Shown here in pieces: positions 33,914 to 43,445 of a stretch of 64,000 bases of DNA (positions are counted from its first letter, which is position 1; each line of letters begins with the position of its first letter). Under the pieces are notes generated by a model. That model worked only from the letters and a program-made list of their open reading frames with translations. It did not search any database and was not told the DNA's origin. Position numbers and translations under genes: made by a program. The DNA comes from Patescibacteria group bacterium (GTDB taxonomy: Bacteria; Patescibacteriota; WWE3; JAMCXX01; JBBTUG01): positions 6,701 through 70,700 of the forward strand of contig JBBTUG010000006.1 in the NCBI GenBank assembly GCA_038063895.1, in the 5' to 3' direction.

Positions 33914-35383
33914 TTATCTATAAATATCAGGGAGGTCGTTTTCGAAGAGGATCAGAGAGTTGGGTTTGACTAATTGCGGGATTATCTCTTTGGTTGCCTG
34001 ATCGAGGGAGTCAGTGATGAATAATCTCTGACCTATTGTTCCGTTGTTCCATTGTTTCATTGCTGTGGCGTTGCTCCAGCCGCCTTCTCTAATTCCTTGC
34101 AGAAGGGCTGCACGGTTGGTTTTGTTGACGATCACGGCGTAATCAAAATTTTCGGCAATCAGTTCTCCTAACTTTTTATTCTCTTCGAACTGCTGTTTTC
34201 CCAATTCCACTATTCCCGGAGTCACTATTATTTTTGGGTAGTTGGGTAAACGGGTAATCAGTTTTATTGCGGCCCGGGCGCCCTCCGGGTTGCTGCTGTA
34301 GGCGTCATCAATTATTAACGAGTTTTCGGGGCCGTGGATTAGTTGTAAGCGGTGTTCCGGTGGGCTGACCTTGAATAGGCCGTGCCTTATTTCCTCTTCA
34401 GTTAAGCCTAAATATGTTCCTACAGCAATAGCCGCCAGGGCATTGCTGACGTTGTGGTCTGCCGGGAGGTTGAGGGTGTAAGTGTCTTGTTTTACCCTGA
34501 ACTCGGAGGATTCGGGAGAGGATGAAATAATTTCCGCCTGAAGATCGGCTTCAACTCCGTGCGGTTTGCTAATCCGGGAGTAACCTACTTTATTTATTAT
34601 AGTTTTTAGATAGAGTTCTACGCATGGTTGGGAGTACAGATTGAAAACCGCCAAGCCCTCCTCCGGAAGGGATTGAATCAATTCCGATTTAGCTTCCACG
34701 ATATTTTCCAAACTCCCGAACCGCTCCAGGTGCTGATTAGTTATTCCGGTGATAATCCCGATTTTAGGTCGAACCATCCGGCAGAGTTCCGCAATCTCGC
34801 CTTTTTTGTAGGCGCCCATTTCGACGATAAAGACTTCGTGCTCCGGCTTTAATTTCATATTGATGATACCGGCTATGCCGAAAAGCGTATTGTAGCTTTT
34901 TGGAGTCGCCAAAACTTCGTACTTCGTTGCGAGAACAGTTGCTAGGATTTCCTTCACCGTGGTTTTGCCGTAACTGCCGGTAATTCCGATGACCAATAGG
35001 TTTTTGTGTTCCGTGATAATTTTTTGGGCACGGAGAACCGTCCGGCGGCGGTTGATGATTTCGTATGGCCGGAGAACTAGTAAAGATATTAGAAGTAACG
35101 GCTGGGGGAACAGCTGAAGAAGAATAACGATAATTACACCCTTAAGGTCAAGGCTCCCCGACCTTAAGGGTGTGGCCCAGGGCTGAAATAGAAATATGGG
35201 AGCTAGGCTGAGGGCAGTGGCGCATATGAAAAGAAACCTGGCCTTCGAAGTCCACACCAGCGCCTTTTTCTTTTCCAGTCCTAAACGGAACAAATTTTGA
35301 ACGGTCCATTTAATGAAGCGGACTAGGTCGTATTCCAAAACCTGCAGGGCGTAAAGCTGGTTGTAAAGCGGGATGTACCTCAT
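33914..35383 (-). CDS. murF: UDP-N-acetylmuramoyl-tripeptide--D-alanyl-D-alanine ligase, with an N-terminal hydrophobic extension containing a repeat insert
   Basis: 'LLVIGITGSYGKTTVKEIL' P-loop and 'IGIITGITNQHLERFGS'. The start is set at Met 'MRYIPLYNQL' (35383) because the longer ORF overlaps the upstream hydrolase gene. The two genes overlap in an ATGA arrangement. Confidence 0.85.
   Translation of the reverse strand: MRYIPLYNQLYALQVLEYDLVRFIKWTVQNLFRLGLEKKKALVWTSKARFLFICATALSLAPIFLFQPWATPLRSGSLDLKGVIIVILLQLFPQPLLLISLLVLRPYEIINRRRTVLRAQKIITEHKNLLVIGITGSYGKTTVKEILATVLATKYEVLATPKSYNTLFGIAGIINMKLKPEHEVFIVEMGAYKKGEIAELCRMVRPKIGIITGITNQHLERFGSLENIVEAKSELIQSLPEEGLAVFNLYSQPCVELYLKTIINKVGYSRISKPHGVEADLQAEIISSSPESSEFRVKQDTYTLNLPADHNVSNALAAIAVGTYLGLTEEEIRHGLFKVSPPEHRLQLIHGPENSLIIDDAYSSNPEGARAAIKLITRLPNYPKIIVTPGIVELGKQQFEENKKLGELIAENFDYAVIVNKTNRAALLQGIREGGWSNATAMKQWNNGTIGQRLFITDSLDQATKEIIPQLVKPNSLILFENDLPDIYR
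35137..35172 (+). repeat. 36-bp palindromic element, copy C (in-frame inside the murF N-terminal region)
   Basis: Perfect arms 'cacccttaaggtc'/'gaccttaagggtg' with loop 'aaggctcccc'. It encodes PLRSGSLDLKGV in murF. Confidence 0.85.
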
Positions 35384-36105
35384 AAAATAAATTCCGAGAT
35401 TAATTTTGCGACCAGAGCCGGTTGTTCTATAAACGGGAAATGGCCGCACTGCGGGATAATTTTTAAGACCGAGTTTTTTATTCCCCTTTTCATAATCGCC
35501 GCGTCGCGGATGGGAGTTTCGGGATCTTCCTCGCCCCAAATAAGTAACGTTGGAGCCGCAATATTGCTCAACTTAGTCCGAAGGTCCTCTTCCACAATTA
35601 TAGCCATTGTCGCCTTCATCGGACCGGCGGCGCGGTAATCTTCCGATTGGAAGGATTTTGCCAGAGGTTTTTTAATAAATTCGGGAGAATTCGAAAAAGC
35701 TTTCGACATTAGAAGTTTCGTTTGGGTGAGGATGTCGCGGCGGCGGATTCCCGCGCTGTCAATCAAAATCATTTTCTTTACTCCGTTATATTCCAGCGCG
35801 TAGGCGAGTGCAATTTTCCCGCCAACCGAGTGTCCCAATAAAATGGGTGATTCGATTTCCAGTTCCTTAAAAAATTGATTTAATAAGGCGGCGTAATCGC
35901 GGCTGGAAAAAGGGGTTGCCGGAACCGAGCTTTCTCCGAAACCGGGCAGGTCCAAAAAGATCATTTGGAAAGGGAGCGCCGCGAGGTAAGGTTTTAAACT
36001 TTCCCAAATCTGCAGATTAGCTCCCCACCCGTGCAAAAAAACAATTTGTTCTCCGCGCCCGTAAACCTCGAAGTTGATATTCAGTCCCTTGATTGAGATG
36101 TTCAT
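35380..36105 (-). CDS. Alpha/beta-hydrolase fold protein
   Basis: 'VFLHGWGANLQIWE' and the nucleophile elbow 'GHSVGG'. 241 aa. Confidence 0.7.
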   Translation of the reverse strand: MNISIKGLNINFEVYGRGEQIVFLHGWGANLQIWESLKPYLAALPFQMIFLDLPGFGESSVPATPFSSRDYAALLNQFFKELEIESPILLGHSVGGKIALAYALEYNGVKKMILIDSAGIRRRDILTQTKLLMSKAFSNSPEFIKKPLAKSFQSEDYRAAGPMKATMAIIVEEDLRTKLSNIAAPTLLIWGEEDPETPIRDAAIMKRGIKNSVLKIIPQCGHFPFIEQPALVAKLISEFIL

Positions 36106-36119
36106 GAGTCGTCGCCGCT

Positions 36120-36155
36120 CACCTTAAAGATCATGGCTCTTCGACCTTTAAGGTG
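36120..36155 (+). repeat. 36-bp palindromic element, copy D (intergenic, in the 5' UTR of the hydrolase-murF operon)
   Basis: Arms 'caccttaaagatc'/'gacctttaaggtg' with one mismatch, and loop 'atggctcttc'. Confidence 0.8.
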
Positions 36156-36314
36156 TACGTATCTATTCTACCGTTTCCGCCGCCCTTCTGTCACAACGGT
36201 ACGTTTAGGGGAAGAGGTATAAACACGTCGAGGAATCACGTGACGCAATAAGTTAAAAATAAACTCTACAAATTTAACCGCTGATCGGCTGAATATTTTG
36301 TAGAGTCGATGCTC

Positions 36315-36764
36315 CTATAAAGGCATGTTTTTATTACGCCACTTTTCGGCCTGTTCTAAAATCTCGGGAAGATTAATAATTGTTCCCGCCTGAGCCTCTA
36401 ATATGTCGAGTCTTTCCTTAGTTACGAAAGTTTCGGGGTTTGGGCTTTCGATCGTCTCTTGAGTTTGGACATCCACAATTGACCAATGAAGAAGTTGTGC
36501 CAGGCGGGCGATATTGCGCAAGATTCTTTGATAAATCTCTTTATCATAGTCGTAGACATTGATGATGTATTCGCCGTTTTTCAGAAGCGTAAATTCCAGC
36601 GGATCTCTTTCATCACCATGCTTTAGAGAAAACGAACTGATTTCTCCTTTATCTTCCTGGTGTTGAAGGATCTCAAATTCGGGGGAAAGAGCAGCTTGGA
36701 GGTTGCTGTAGGTTAGTCTTCCGCTTGTTTTATCTTTAGTTTGAAGACAATAATCAAGACTCAT
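36315..36764 (-). CDS. Hypothetical cytoplasmic protein (149 aa)
   Basis: ORF with a downstream hairpin-plus-T-run terminator on the minus strand ('actctacaaa'/'tttgtagagt'). No recognisable family. Confidence 0.4.
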   Translation of the reverse strand: MSLDYCLQTKDKTSGRLTYSNLQAALSPEFEILQHQEDKGEISSFSLKHGDERDPLEFTLLKNGEYIINVYDYDKEIYQRILRNIARLAQLLHWSIVDVQTQETIESPNPETFVTKERLDILEAQAGTIINLPEILEQAEKWRNKNMPL

Positions 36765-36850
36765 ACGCCTAAACTAGCTTCTCAAATATTTATTAAAAAA
36801 ACAAGGTGGCAAAAGCTGTAAGCTGTTGCCACCTCGCTAAGACGAACTAT

Positions 36851-37465
36851 TCAATTGTCAAAAACGTCGCACCGAAGGGGATCGGCGTTGGGACGAAGGT
36901 TTTTGTCGAGACTCCAGATCCCTATCAAGAACGAACCACCAGCCTCGCCCTGCAAATCCTGCACCACGAATCTCGATCCGGCACCGTTCTTGGCGAGGTA
37001 TTGTCTAATTTCTTTTTGGCACCCCGCTGATGTCGTTTCATACGACCGAATCGCCGCAAATCCCGTTTGATCTTGCTGGCCGGCATAGAAACGTCCCTTC
37101 AGGACGATTTCCGTGCCGTTGTCATTCGCAAACACCTGCTCCACCAACCAGTAGTCATAGAAAGCGTTCAGGCCACTTTCGATCACTGGCTTGGTAGGTC
37201 GCGACTCGCGGTTCAAATTCACGACGAGTCCTGTTCCTTTGGTGCTCTTCAACTCGGGTTTAGTGGTACTCGTACCAGTGGTCTCTCCTTGAGACTCAGC
37301 TGGCAAAAGCGATGAATAGATCATCGCGACTTCCCTCTTGACCACAACGAGGTCCCAGTCGCCGGTCTTCCAACCGTAGACGGGAAGCGCGATCAGAGTT
37401 GCTACCACTAAAATCGCGAGCCAGATCATGAACACCGTTCCGAGTACGTTCAGAAACTTTTTCAC
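36851..37465 (-). CDS. Hypothetical membrane-anchored extracytoplasmic protein (204 aa)
   Basis: N-terminal signal-anchor 'MKKFLNVLGTVFMIWLAILVVATLIALPV'. No recognisable family. Confidence 0.4.
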   Translation of the reverse strand: MKKFLNVLGTVFMIWLAILVVATLIALPVYGWKTGDWDLVVVKREVAMIYSSLLPAESQGETTGTSTTKPELKSTKGTGLVVNLNRESRPTKPVIESGLNAFYDYWLVEQVFANDNGTEIVLKGRFYAGQQDQTGFAAIRSYETTSAGCQKEIRQYLAKNGAGSRFVVQDLQGEAGGSFLIGIWSLDKNLRPNADPLRCDVFDN

Positions 37466-37731
37466 TTTGCCTCCTCAGGCGTATTCCGTTCTTTGGGCGG
37501 AACACATTTGAATTTGGTTTGTGCGATAAACAATAAAGCCGTTGTTTCAGACTTTGGAGAGGGGCAATTCTTCAGAACCTTGTAACAGCGGCCATTGTTT
37601 CTCTCTCCTCTTATTCGGTTATTAATTTGCTTACCATTATATCATTATACCATAAATAAGGCTTATAGTCAATTGGTAGTTTTAGCTAATAAGTCGGTGA
37701 AGCATGGGGCTGTGAGCTTTTGGGTTGAAGA

Positions 37732-38847
37732 ATGTTATACTTTCCTGGAATGATTCAATTTATCGCCCTCACCCTGTTTTCCTTTATTACCGCGTTTTTA
37801 ATGGCCGGAAAAATTATCGATACCCTTTACCGGTTTAATGTCCGGAAACGTTTAAAAATAGATCTCGATACAATATTGGAAACCCATAAAGCAAAAGTCG
37901 GGGTGCCGTTGATGGGCGGAATTATCGTTATTTTACCGGTTTTGATGATCAACCCGGTTTTTAATTCTGACCGGAACGTCCTGATTCTTTTGACCCTAAT
38001 CTTATTTGCGGGCATTATCGGACTGACTGACGATTTACTGACGGTCTTCGGACACGAGCGGTTGACATTTAGAGTCCGGGAGACCGTAAATCCTCTGGTT
38101 TCTTTTTCGGAATTAAGCTGGCTTTTTTACCGATTGCTTTTAAAACCCTGGCGGATGATAAAAGAATTTTTTCTGGGAATGGGCAGCCAGGCGAGCGGGC
38201 TCCGGGCGCATGAGAAATTTATTTTGGAATTAATAATTGCCGGATCGGCCGCCGCTTTTCTGTACTTTCGGATGGGTTTGAGTTCCGTCTGGCTTCCGGG
38301 CCTCGGTCCAATTAATATCGGAATCGTCTACATTTTATGGGCAACTCTGTTGATGGTCGGTTACGCCAGTGCTTTTGGTTTAACTGACGGGCTGGACGGG
38401 CTTTCCGCCGGAACGCATACCCTAGCTTTTCTGGCATTCGGTATTATTGCCTTCGCCTCCGGTTTATTCCCTTTGGCCTTCTTTTGCGCGACGGTGGTCG
38501 GGGCGGAGCTGGCTTTTTTGTATTTTAATATTTACCCGGCCCGGGTGGAGATGTCTGATGTCGGCACGGTGCCATTAGGGATGGCTTTCGCGCTAGTCGG
38601 TATATTAACCGGCCGGGAAATCCTTTTGCCCGTAATCGGCCTGGTTTTCACGCTGGAGATTCTTTCTAGTTTTTTGCAGGTCGTAGGGGTTAAACATTTT
38701 AAAAGAAAACTGTTTTTAATGGCCCCTCTGCACCACCACTTCGAAAAGTTGGGTTGGCCGGAGACGAAAGTGACAATGCGGCTTTGGTGGCTGGGTGCAA
38801 TCTCTGGCTTAACGGGAATAGTGCTGGCTTTCGCATTTAACCGATGA
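37732..38847 (+). CDS. mraY: Phospho-N-acetylmuramoyl-pentapeptide transferase
   Basis: 'GLTDDL' and 'MAPLHHHFEKLGWPETKVTMRLW'. The start may be at 37750 (MIQFIAL), and the mRNA may be leaderless. Confidence 0.8.
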   Translation: MLYFPGMIQFIALTLFSFITAFLMAGKIIDTLYRFNVRKRLKIDLDTILETHKAKVGVPLMGGIIVILPVLMINPVFNSDRNVLILLTLILFAGIIGLTDDLLTVFGHERLTFRVRETVNPLVSFSELSWLFYRLLLKPWRMIKEFFLGMGSQASGLRAHEKFILELIIAGSAAAFLYFRMGLSSVWLPGLGPINIGIVYILWATLLMVGYASAFGLTDGLDGLSAGTHTLAFLAFGIIAFASGLFPLAFFCATVVGAELAFLYFNIYPARVEMSDVGTVPLGMAFALVGILTGREILLPVIGLVFTLEILSSFLQVVGVKHFKRKLFLMAPLHHHFEKLGWPETKVTMRLWWLGAISGLTGIVLAFAFNR

Positions 38848-40103
38848 CGCTAAAAAAGATTAAGTCCTACCCGAAAAATAATTCGCGCCCGGATTATCCG
38901 CTGTTTTTTCTCCTTTGCCTCCTGCTCATCTTCGGGGTTTTAATGGTTTATAACGCCTCCGTCGTTTACAGCACTAACGTTTTCGGCGGAAAGTACTATT
39001 TTTTGCTTCTCCAGGGACTTTGGGTTTTGCTGGGACTGGTGGCTTTAACGGTCGCGGCGAACTTTGATTATCACCACTATCTTTCCCTCGCGAAGCCTCT
39101 AGCTATCCTGACTTTTATTCTGCTTATTTTTTTAGCTTGGCCAAATTTCCCGGTATTAAACCGGTTCGCGCCTACTCCGCTTTATCATTTATTAACGCCG
39201 CAAACCACGGAATTGCGGGTTTACCGCTGGATTATTGTTAATCCCTCCCCGTTGCCGCCGTTGCCCTTTCTCGGCCGCTTTAATTTTCAACCGACCGATA
39301 TGGCGAAGATTACACTGGTTATTTTCCTGGCGGCCTGGTTGTCACGATTGAAGGGTGATTTGCAATACCGGCGGGGAAAAAGAGACTGGCATACCTTTAA
39401 AATCTTTCTGAAGTTTTTTATTTTTTTTGGAGTCACGGCGCTGCTGACGGTGCTGGAACCGGATTTCGGCACGGCGGTTATTCTTTCGTCCTGTCTATTG
39501 CTGGTTTACTTTTTCGCTGAGTCGCCCCTGTGGTCGTTATTCCTCACTGTCGGTCTTTCCTTCCTTTCCGGAATATTTTTTATTTTAACCTCCGAGTACC
39601 GCCGGGAAAGACTAATGACTTATCTCAGTCACAGCGGTTCGGATCCGCTCTCAACCGGCTATCACCTGCAGCAAGTTCTCATCGCCCTGGGATCCGGCGG
39701 CTTGACCGGGTTGGGGCTTGGCCAGTCACGTCAGAAGTATGAGTATTTGCCGGAAGTCGCGACGGATTCTATTTTTGCGGTGGTTGGGGAAGAGCTGGGG
39801 CTGCTCGGGACCGTCGCCGTAATTCTTATTTTTGTCGGTTTAATCTACCGGTGCATTGATGTTTCTAAAAAAGCTCCGGATGAGTTCGGCCGTCTGCTGT
39901 CAGGCGGTCTGACTGCTTGGCTGGCAATTCAGTTTTTTGTGAATATCGCGGCAATGACCGGCATTTTACCCTTGACCGGAGTCCCGCTACCGTTTATCAG
40001 TTACGGCGGTTCCTCGATGGTGACCAGTTTAATCTCGGTCGGTATTATCCTGAATATCAGTCGCCAGGCCGTCCGTCCAACTTCCCCGGACATCCGGCGC
40101 TAA
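38844..40103 (+). CDS. ftsW: SEDS-family peptidoglycan glycosyltransferase FtsW
   Basis: 'PDFGTAVIL' and 'GLGQSRQKYEYLPEVATDSIFAVVGEELG'. Positioned between mraY and murG. Confidence 0.75.
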   Translation: MTLKKIKSYPKNNSRPDYPLFFLLCLLLIFGVLMVYNASVVYSTNVFGGKYYFLLLQGLWVLLGLVALTVAANFDYHHYLSLAKPLAILTFILLIFLAWPNFPVLNRFAPTPLYHLLTPQTTELRVYRWIIVNPSPLPPLPFLGRFNFQPTDMAKITLVIFLAAWLSRLKGDLQYRRGKRDWHTFKIFLKFFIFFGVTALLTVLEPDFGTAVILSSCLLLVYFFAESPLWSLFLTVGLSFLSGIFFILTSEYRRERLMTYLSHSGSDPLSTGYHLQQVLIALGSGGLTGLGLGQSRQKYEYLPEVATDSIFAVVGEELGLLGTVAVILIFVGLIYRCIDVSKKAPDEFGRLLSGGLTAWLAIQFFVNIAAMTGILPLTGVPLPFISYGGSSMVTSLISVGIILNISRQAVRPTSPDIRR

Positions 40104-40107
40104 TAAT

Positions 40108-41247
40108 ATGGATGACTTAAAAAATCCCCTTAAAATAGTTTTCGTCGGCGGCCACCACACGCCGGCTTTGGCGGTGATGGCCAGTCTTGCGGCGAAACTA
40201 AAGACCGCCGGAAAACCATATAAATTTTATTGGATAGGTCACAAGTATTCGATGTGGGGTGATAAAAAAGAAAGCGCCGAATACCGGGAGGTCACCGCGC
40301 TAAATATTCCTTTCTACGATTTAAAAGCCGGCAAACTTTACCGGACCTACCACCCATTAAAATTACTGCGTCTGCCTTTAGGTTTTCTTCAGGCGCTCCT
40401 TTATATCCGCCGTCTCAGTCCGCAACTAACCGTTTCTTTCGGGGGGTACTTGGCGGTTCCGGTGGCGCTGGTTTCCTGGTTTCGGCGGATTCCGGTATTT
40501 ACCCACGAACAGGCAGTGTCGCCCGGCTTAGCCAACCGTATAATTGCGCACTTTGCCAGAAAAGTCCTGATTTCCTTTCCCGAAAGCCAACAATATTTTC
40601 CGAAAAATAAATCCGTCCTGACGGGCAACCCGCTTCGCAAAGAGATATTTGAAGTTAACCAGCCCATTTCGTTCCCGCTTGATCGGGAAAAATATCCGAC
40701 AATTTATATCACGGGGGGAAAACAGGGGGGACACACAATCAACAGGACCGTCGGCGAAATTCTGCCGGAGCTGCTGAGCCATTTTAATATTATTCACCAA
40801 TGCGGCAGCTCCACCGTGTACGGCGATTTCCAATATTTGGAACTGGAGGCGGGAAAACTTCCCGATTCTTTAAGCGACGGATATATCCTAAAGGATTATT
40901 TTGCTGCTAGTCAAGTCGGATCCGTTTTCGCCAAGGCTGATTTTGTACTCTCCCGGTCCGGGGCAAATATCGTTTCAGAATTGGCGGCACTGGGCAAACC
41001 GGCGGTCTTAATTCCGATTCCGTGGTCCTCTGGCAACGAGCAGGAAAACAATGCAAAGGTTTTGGTTAAAGCCGGCTTGGCCGTTATCCTCCCGCAGACG
41101 GAATTATCCGGAGAGAGACTTTTGAAAACCTGTTTGGAGTTCTCCGGGAGACTAAAGGAATTCATCCCGGAGCGCGCAACGCGGGCACCGGTTGAGCTAA
41201 GCGCGGCCGAAATTATCGCAACCGAGCTTTTTATGGCTATCCGTTAA
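40108..41247 (+). CDS. murG: Undecaprenyldiphospho-muramoylpentapeptide beta-N-acetylglucosaminyltransferase
   Basis: GT28 family; 'IVFVGGHHTPALAV' and C-terminal 'SRSGANIVSELAALGKPAVLIP'. Confidence 0.8.
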   Translation: MDDLKNPLKIVFVGGHHTPALAVMASLAAKLKTAGKPYKFYWIGHKYSMWGDKKESAEYREVTALNIPFYDLKAGKLYRTYHPLKLLRLPLGFLQALLYIRRLSPQLTVSFGGYLAVPVALVSWFRRIPVFTHEQAVSPGLANRIIAHFARKVLISFPESQQYFPKNKSVLTGNPLRKEIFEVNQPISFPLDREKYPTIYITGGKQGGHTINRTVGEILPELLSHFNIIHQCGSSTVYGDFQYLELEAGKLPDSLSDGYILKDYFAASQVGSVFAKADFVLSRSGANIVSELAALGKPAVLIPIPWSSGNEQENNAKVLVKAGLAVILPQTELSGERLLKTCLEFSGRLKEFIPERATRAPVELSAAEIIATELFMAIR

Positions 41248-41255
41248 TTGTCTCT

Positions 41256-42098
41256 ATGACCAAAGCGCTTTTAAATGCCGGAAAACTCTCCCCGCGTTTT
41301 TCTCCCCGACGCCGTTTTGCGCGGCGGGCAGGGCCGGGAAAAGGCCGTAACCGAATAAAATATTTGCTGCTTGGTATTATCGTTCTGGTTCTCTTAATCG
41401 GTGCTTTGATTATTTTAGTCAGCACAAAAAACTTATTGCCGGTCGGAAAAGTAAACTGTAGAGGGGGTTGGGAAGTTACGGAAGCGCAACGCGGAGAGTG
41501 GTGCGCTTTTATTGAAGAAAATATTATTGGCAGGAGCCTGATTTTTTTGGATGAAGCCAAACTTAGAAGCTTAATGAAAACCGCTTTTCCGGCTGTCTCG
41601 AAAATCAGTTTCGAAAAGAACTTCCCGGCGGCGGTTTCTGTAATGATCGCTAAGAGGTTACCGGTATTTTCCGTTTTTGCCGAAGGGGAAGCGACCACCT
41701 CCGCAACAGCGTCCGGTTTCTTTTGGGTTGACGAGACCGGGGCTTTATTTTCGGAAGTGGAGAATCCGGAAATAGTTCCCGCTCTTTATTTCCCCGAGGC
41801 CACAGGATCATCAAACTTCAAGGTGGGCGGGACATTGGATTCCGGATTCTTACGCTTTACCGCTGAAGTGCTCTCAAAACTTAAAGCTGAAGGACTGGAA
41901 AGCGTATTATTGCGTCAAGGCACGGACAATTATTTAAACGTCACTTTGGTCGGCGGGGTAGTGGTTCAATTCAGTCCCCGCAAGCCGGTGGATCCGCAGG
42001 TTACAATCTTGCAATTAATGATTGAGAAATATAGAATGGAAGGGAGGGCGCTTAAGAGAGTTGACTTGCGTTTTCAAGACCCGGTAGTTGAGTACTAA
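41256..42098 (+). CDS. ftsQ: FtsQ/DivIB-like cell-division protein (POTRA)
   Basis: Basic N-terminus, one TM helix and a POTRA-like 'IIGRSLIFLDEAKLRSLM...VSVMIAKRLPV'. Confidence 0.6.
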   Translation: MTKALLNAGKLSPRFSPRRRFARRAGPGKGRNRIKYLLLGIIVLVLLIGALIILVSTKNLLPVGKVNCRGGWEVTEAQRGEWCAFIEENIIGRSLIFLDEAKLRSLMKTAFPAVSKISFEKNFPAAVSVMIAKRLPVFSVFAEGEATTSATASGFFWVDETGALFSEVENPEIVPALYFPEATGSSNFKVGGTLDSGFLRFTAEVLSKLKAEGLESVLLRQGTDNYLNVTLVGGVVVQFSPRKPVDPQVTILQLMIEKYRMEGRALKRVDLRFQDPVVEY

Positions 42099-42135
42099 AA
42101 CTACTCTAAAAGGGTCGAGTTAGGTTTACCTGACC

Positions 42136-43440
42136 ATGTCTAGAGAACGAATAATAACCGGTATCGATATTGGCTCTTCAAAGATCTGCACCGTTATTGC
42201 GCAGCTTTCCGGCGAAGATAAAGTTTCCGTCATTGGCGTCTCTTCTACCCCTTCCCGGGGGATAAAGAAAGGCGTTGTTGTCGGTATCGACGAAGCAGTG
42301 GAAGCGATTGCTAAAAGTTTAGAAGCGGCTGAGCGGATGGCCGGTTACGCTGTCAATGGCGCCTTTGTTTTAGTTGACGGTAGCCATATAGCCTCAATGA
42401 ATTCCAAAGGAGTCGTCGCGGTCGCCCATCAGGATACGGAAATTACGCCCGTTGATGTCTCGCGGGCAACCGAAGCCGCCCAGGCGGTCTCCATCCCCTC
42501 CAGTCAGGAAATGATTCACGTTATTCCCCGCGGTTACATCGTTGATTCCCAGGAAGGGATTAAGGATCCACTGGGGATGAGCGGAATACGTCTCGAGGTT
42601 GAAACCAATATTATTTACGGAGCCGCAGCGGTGATGCGGAATCTCGTCCGCTGTGTCCAGCAGGTCGGGGTTGATGTTGAGGATCTGGTTTACTCAGGCA
42701 TCGCCGGAGCCGAATCGGTTCTTAACGACACCGAAAAAGAATTGGGCACGATTTTAGCGGACATCGGCGGCGGTACTGCTTCGGTGACGATTTTCTTAGC
42801 CGGTAGTCCTATTTATTCGTCAGTGCTTCCGATCGGTGGGCAGAATATTACCAACGATTTAGCCATTGGCCTTCGGACCTCGATTGATAATGCCGAAAAA
42901 ATTAAAATCCGTCTTTCCCAGGAAACCGCGCAACACAACTTAATGACGGGAATTAACAGTGATACTGATTTCACCCCCGTGCTGGCTAAACTGGTTTCCC
43001 AGGAAACAGTCCGGAACGATTTATTGGACGTATCCGATTTGGGTTTGGAAACCGGAAAAGTGGAAAAAAGAATTTTAAATGAAATTATTAGAGCCCGTCT
43101 GAATGAAATATTTTCCCTGATTGCGTTGGAGATAAAAAAGAGCGGACTGGCCGGCAGACTGCCTGGGGGAATCGTAATTACCGGCGGGGCAGCGGAAACC
43201 GTGGGAGTGACGGAAGCGGCTAGGAGCATTTTGAAAATGCCGGTACGAATCGGATATCCGAATGGGGCGACGGGATTGATTGAGGAAGTTCGGGGTCCGG
43301 CCTACGCGGCGTCGATCGGGTTAGTTTTGTACGGGGTGAAAAACGTGACCTCCGGCGGCGGACTTTCCGGGTTGTCTAAAGGAAAGTTCGGTAGTGTGCT
43401 TAAAAAAATAATCGGATTCGTTAAATCCTTATTGCCCTAA
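42136..43440 (+). CDS. ftsA: Cell-division protein FtsA
   Basis: Actin-like ATPase; '[18 protein letters not shown]' and '[15 protein letters not shown]'. Confidence 0.85.
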   Translation: MSRERIITGIDIGSSKICTVIAQLSGEDKVSVIGVSSTPSRGIKKGVVVGIDEAVEAIAKSLEAAERMAGYAVNGAFVLVDGSHIASMNSKGVVAVAHQDTEITPVDVSRATEAAQAVSIPSSQEMIHVIPRGYIVDSQEGIKDPLGMSGIRLEVETNIIYGAAAVMRNLVRCVQQVGVDVEDLVYSGIAGAESVLNDTEKELGTILADIGGGTASVTIFLAGSPIYSSVLPIGGQNITNDLAIGLRTSIDNAEKIKIRLSQETAQHNLMTGINSDTDFTPVLAKLVSQETVRNDLLDVSDLGLETGKVEKRILNEIIRARLNEIFSLIALEIKKSGLAGRLPGGIVITGGAAETVGVTEAARSILKMPVRIGYPNGATGLIEEVRGPAYAASIGLVLYGVKNVTSGGGLSGLSKGKFGSVLKKIIGFVKSLLP

Positions 43441-43445
43441 ATCCA

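Noticed and set aside
35384-35539. N-terminal 52 codons of the long murF ORF (MGRGRSRNSH...).
   Set aside because: They overlap the C-terminus of the upstream alpha/beta hydrolase in another frame. Met 'MRYIPLYNQL' at 35383 gives the classic ATGA coupling.
36226-36233. 'TCACGTGA' perfect 8-bp palindrome as a specific regulator operator.
   Set aside because: It is a single short palindrome, which would be expected by chance in intergenic DNA. It is noted only as context in the murF-hydrolase upstream region.
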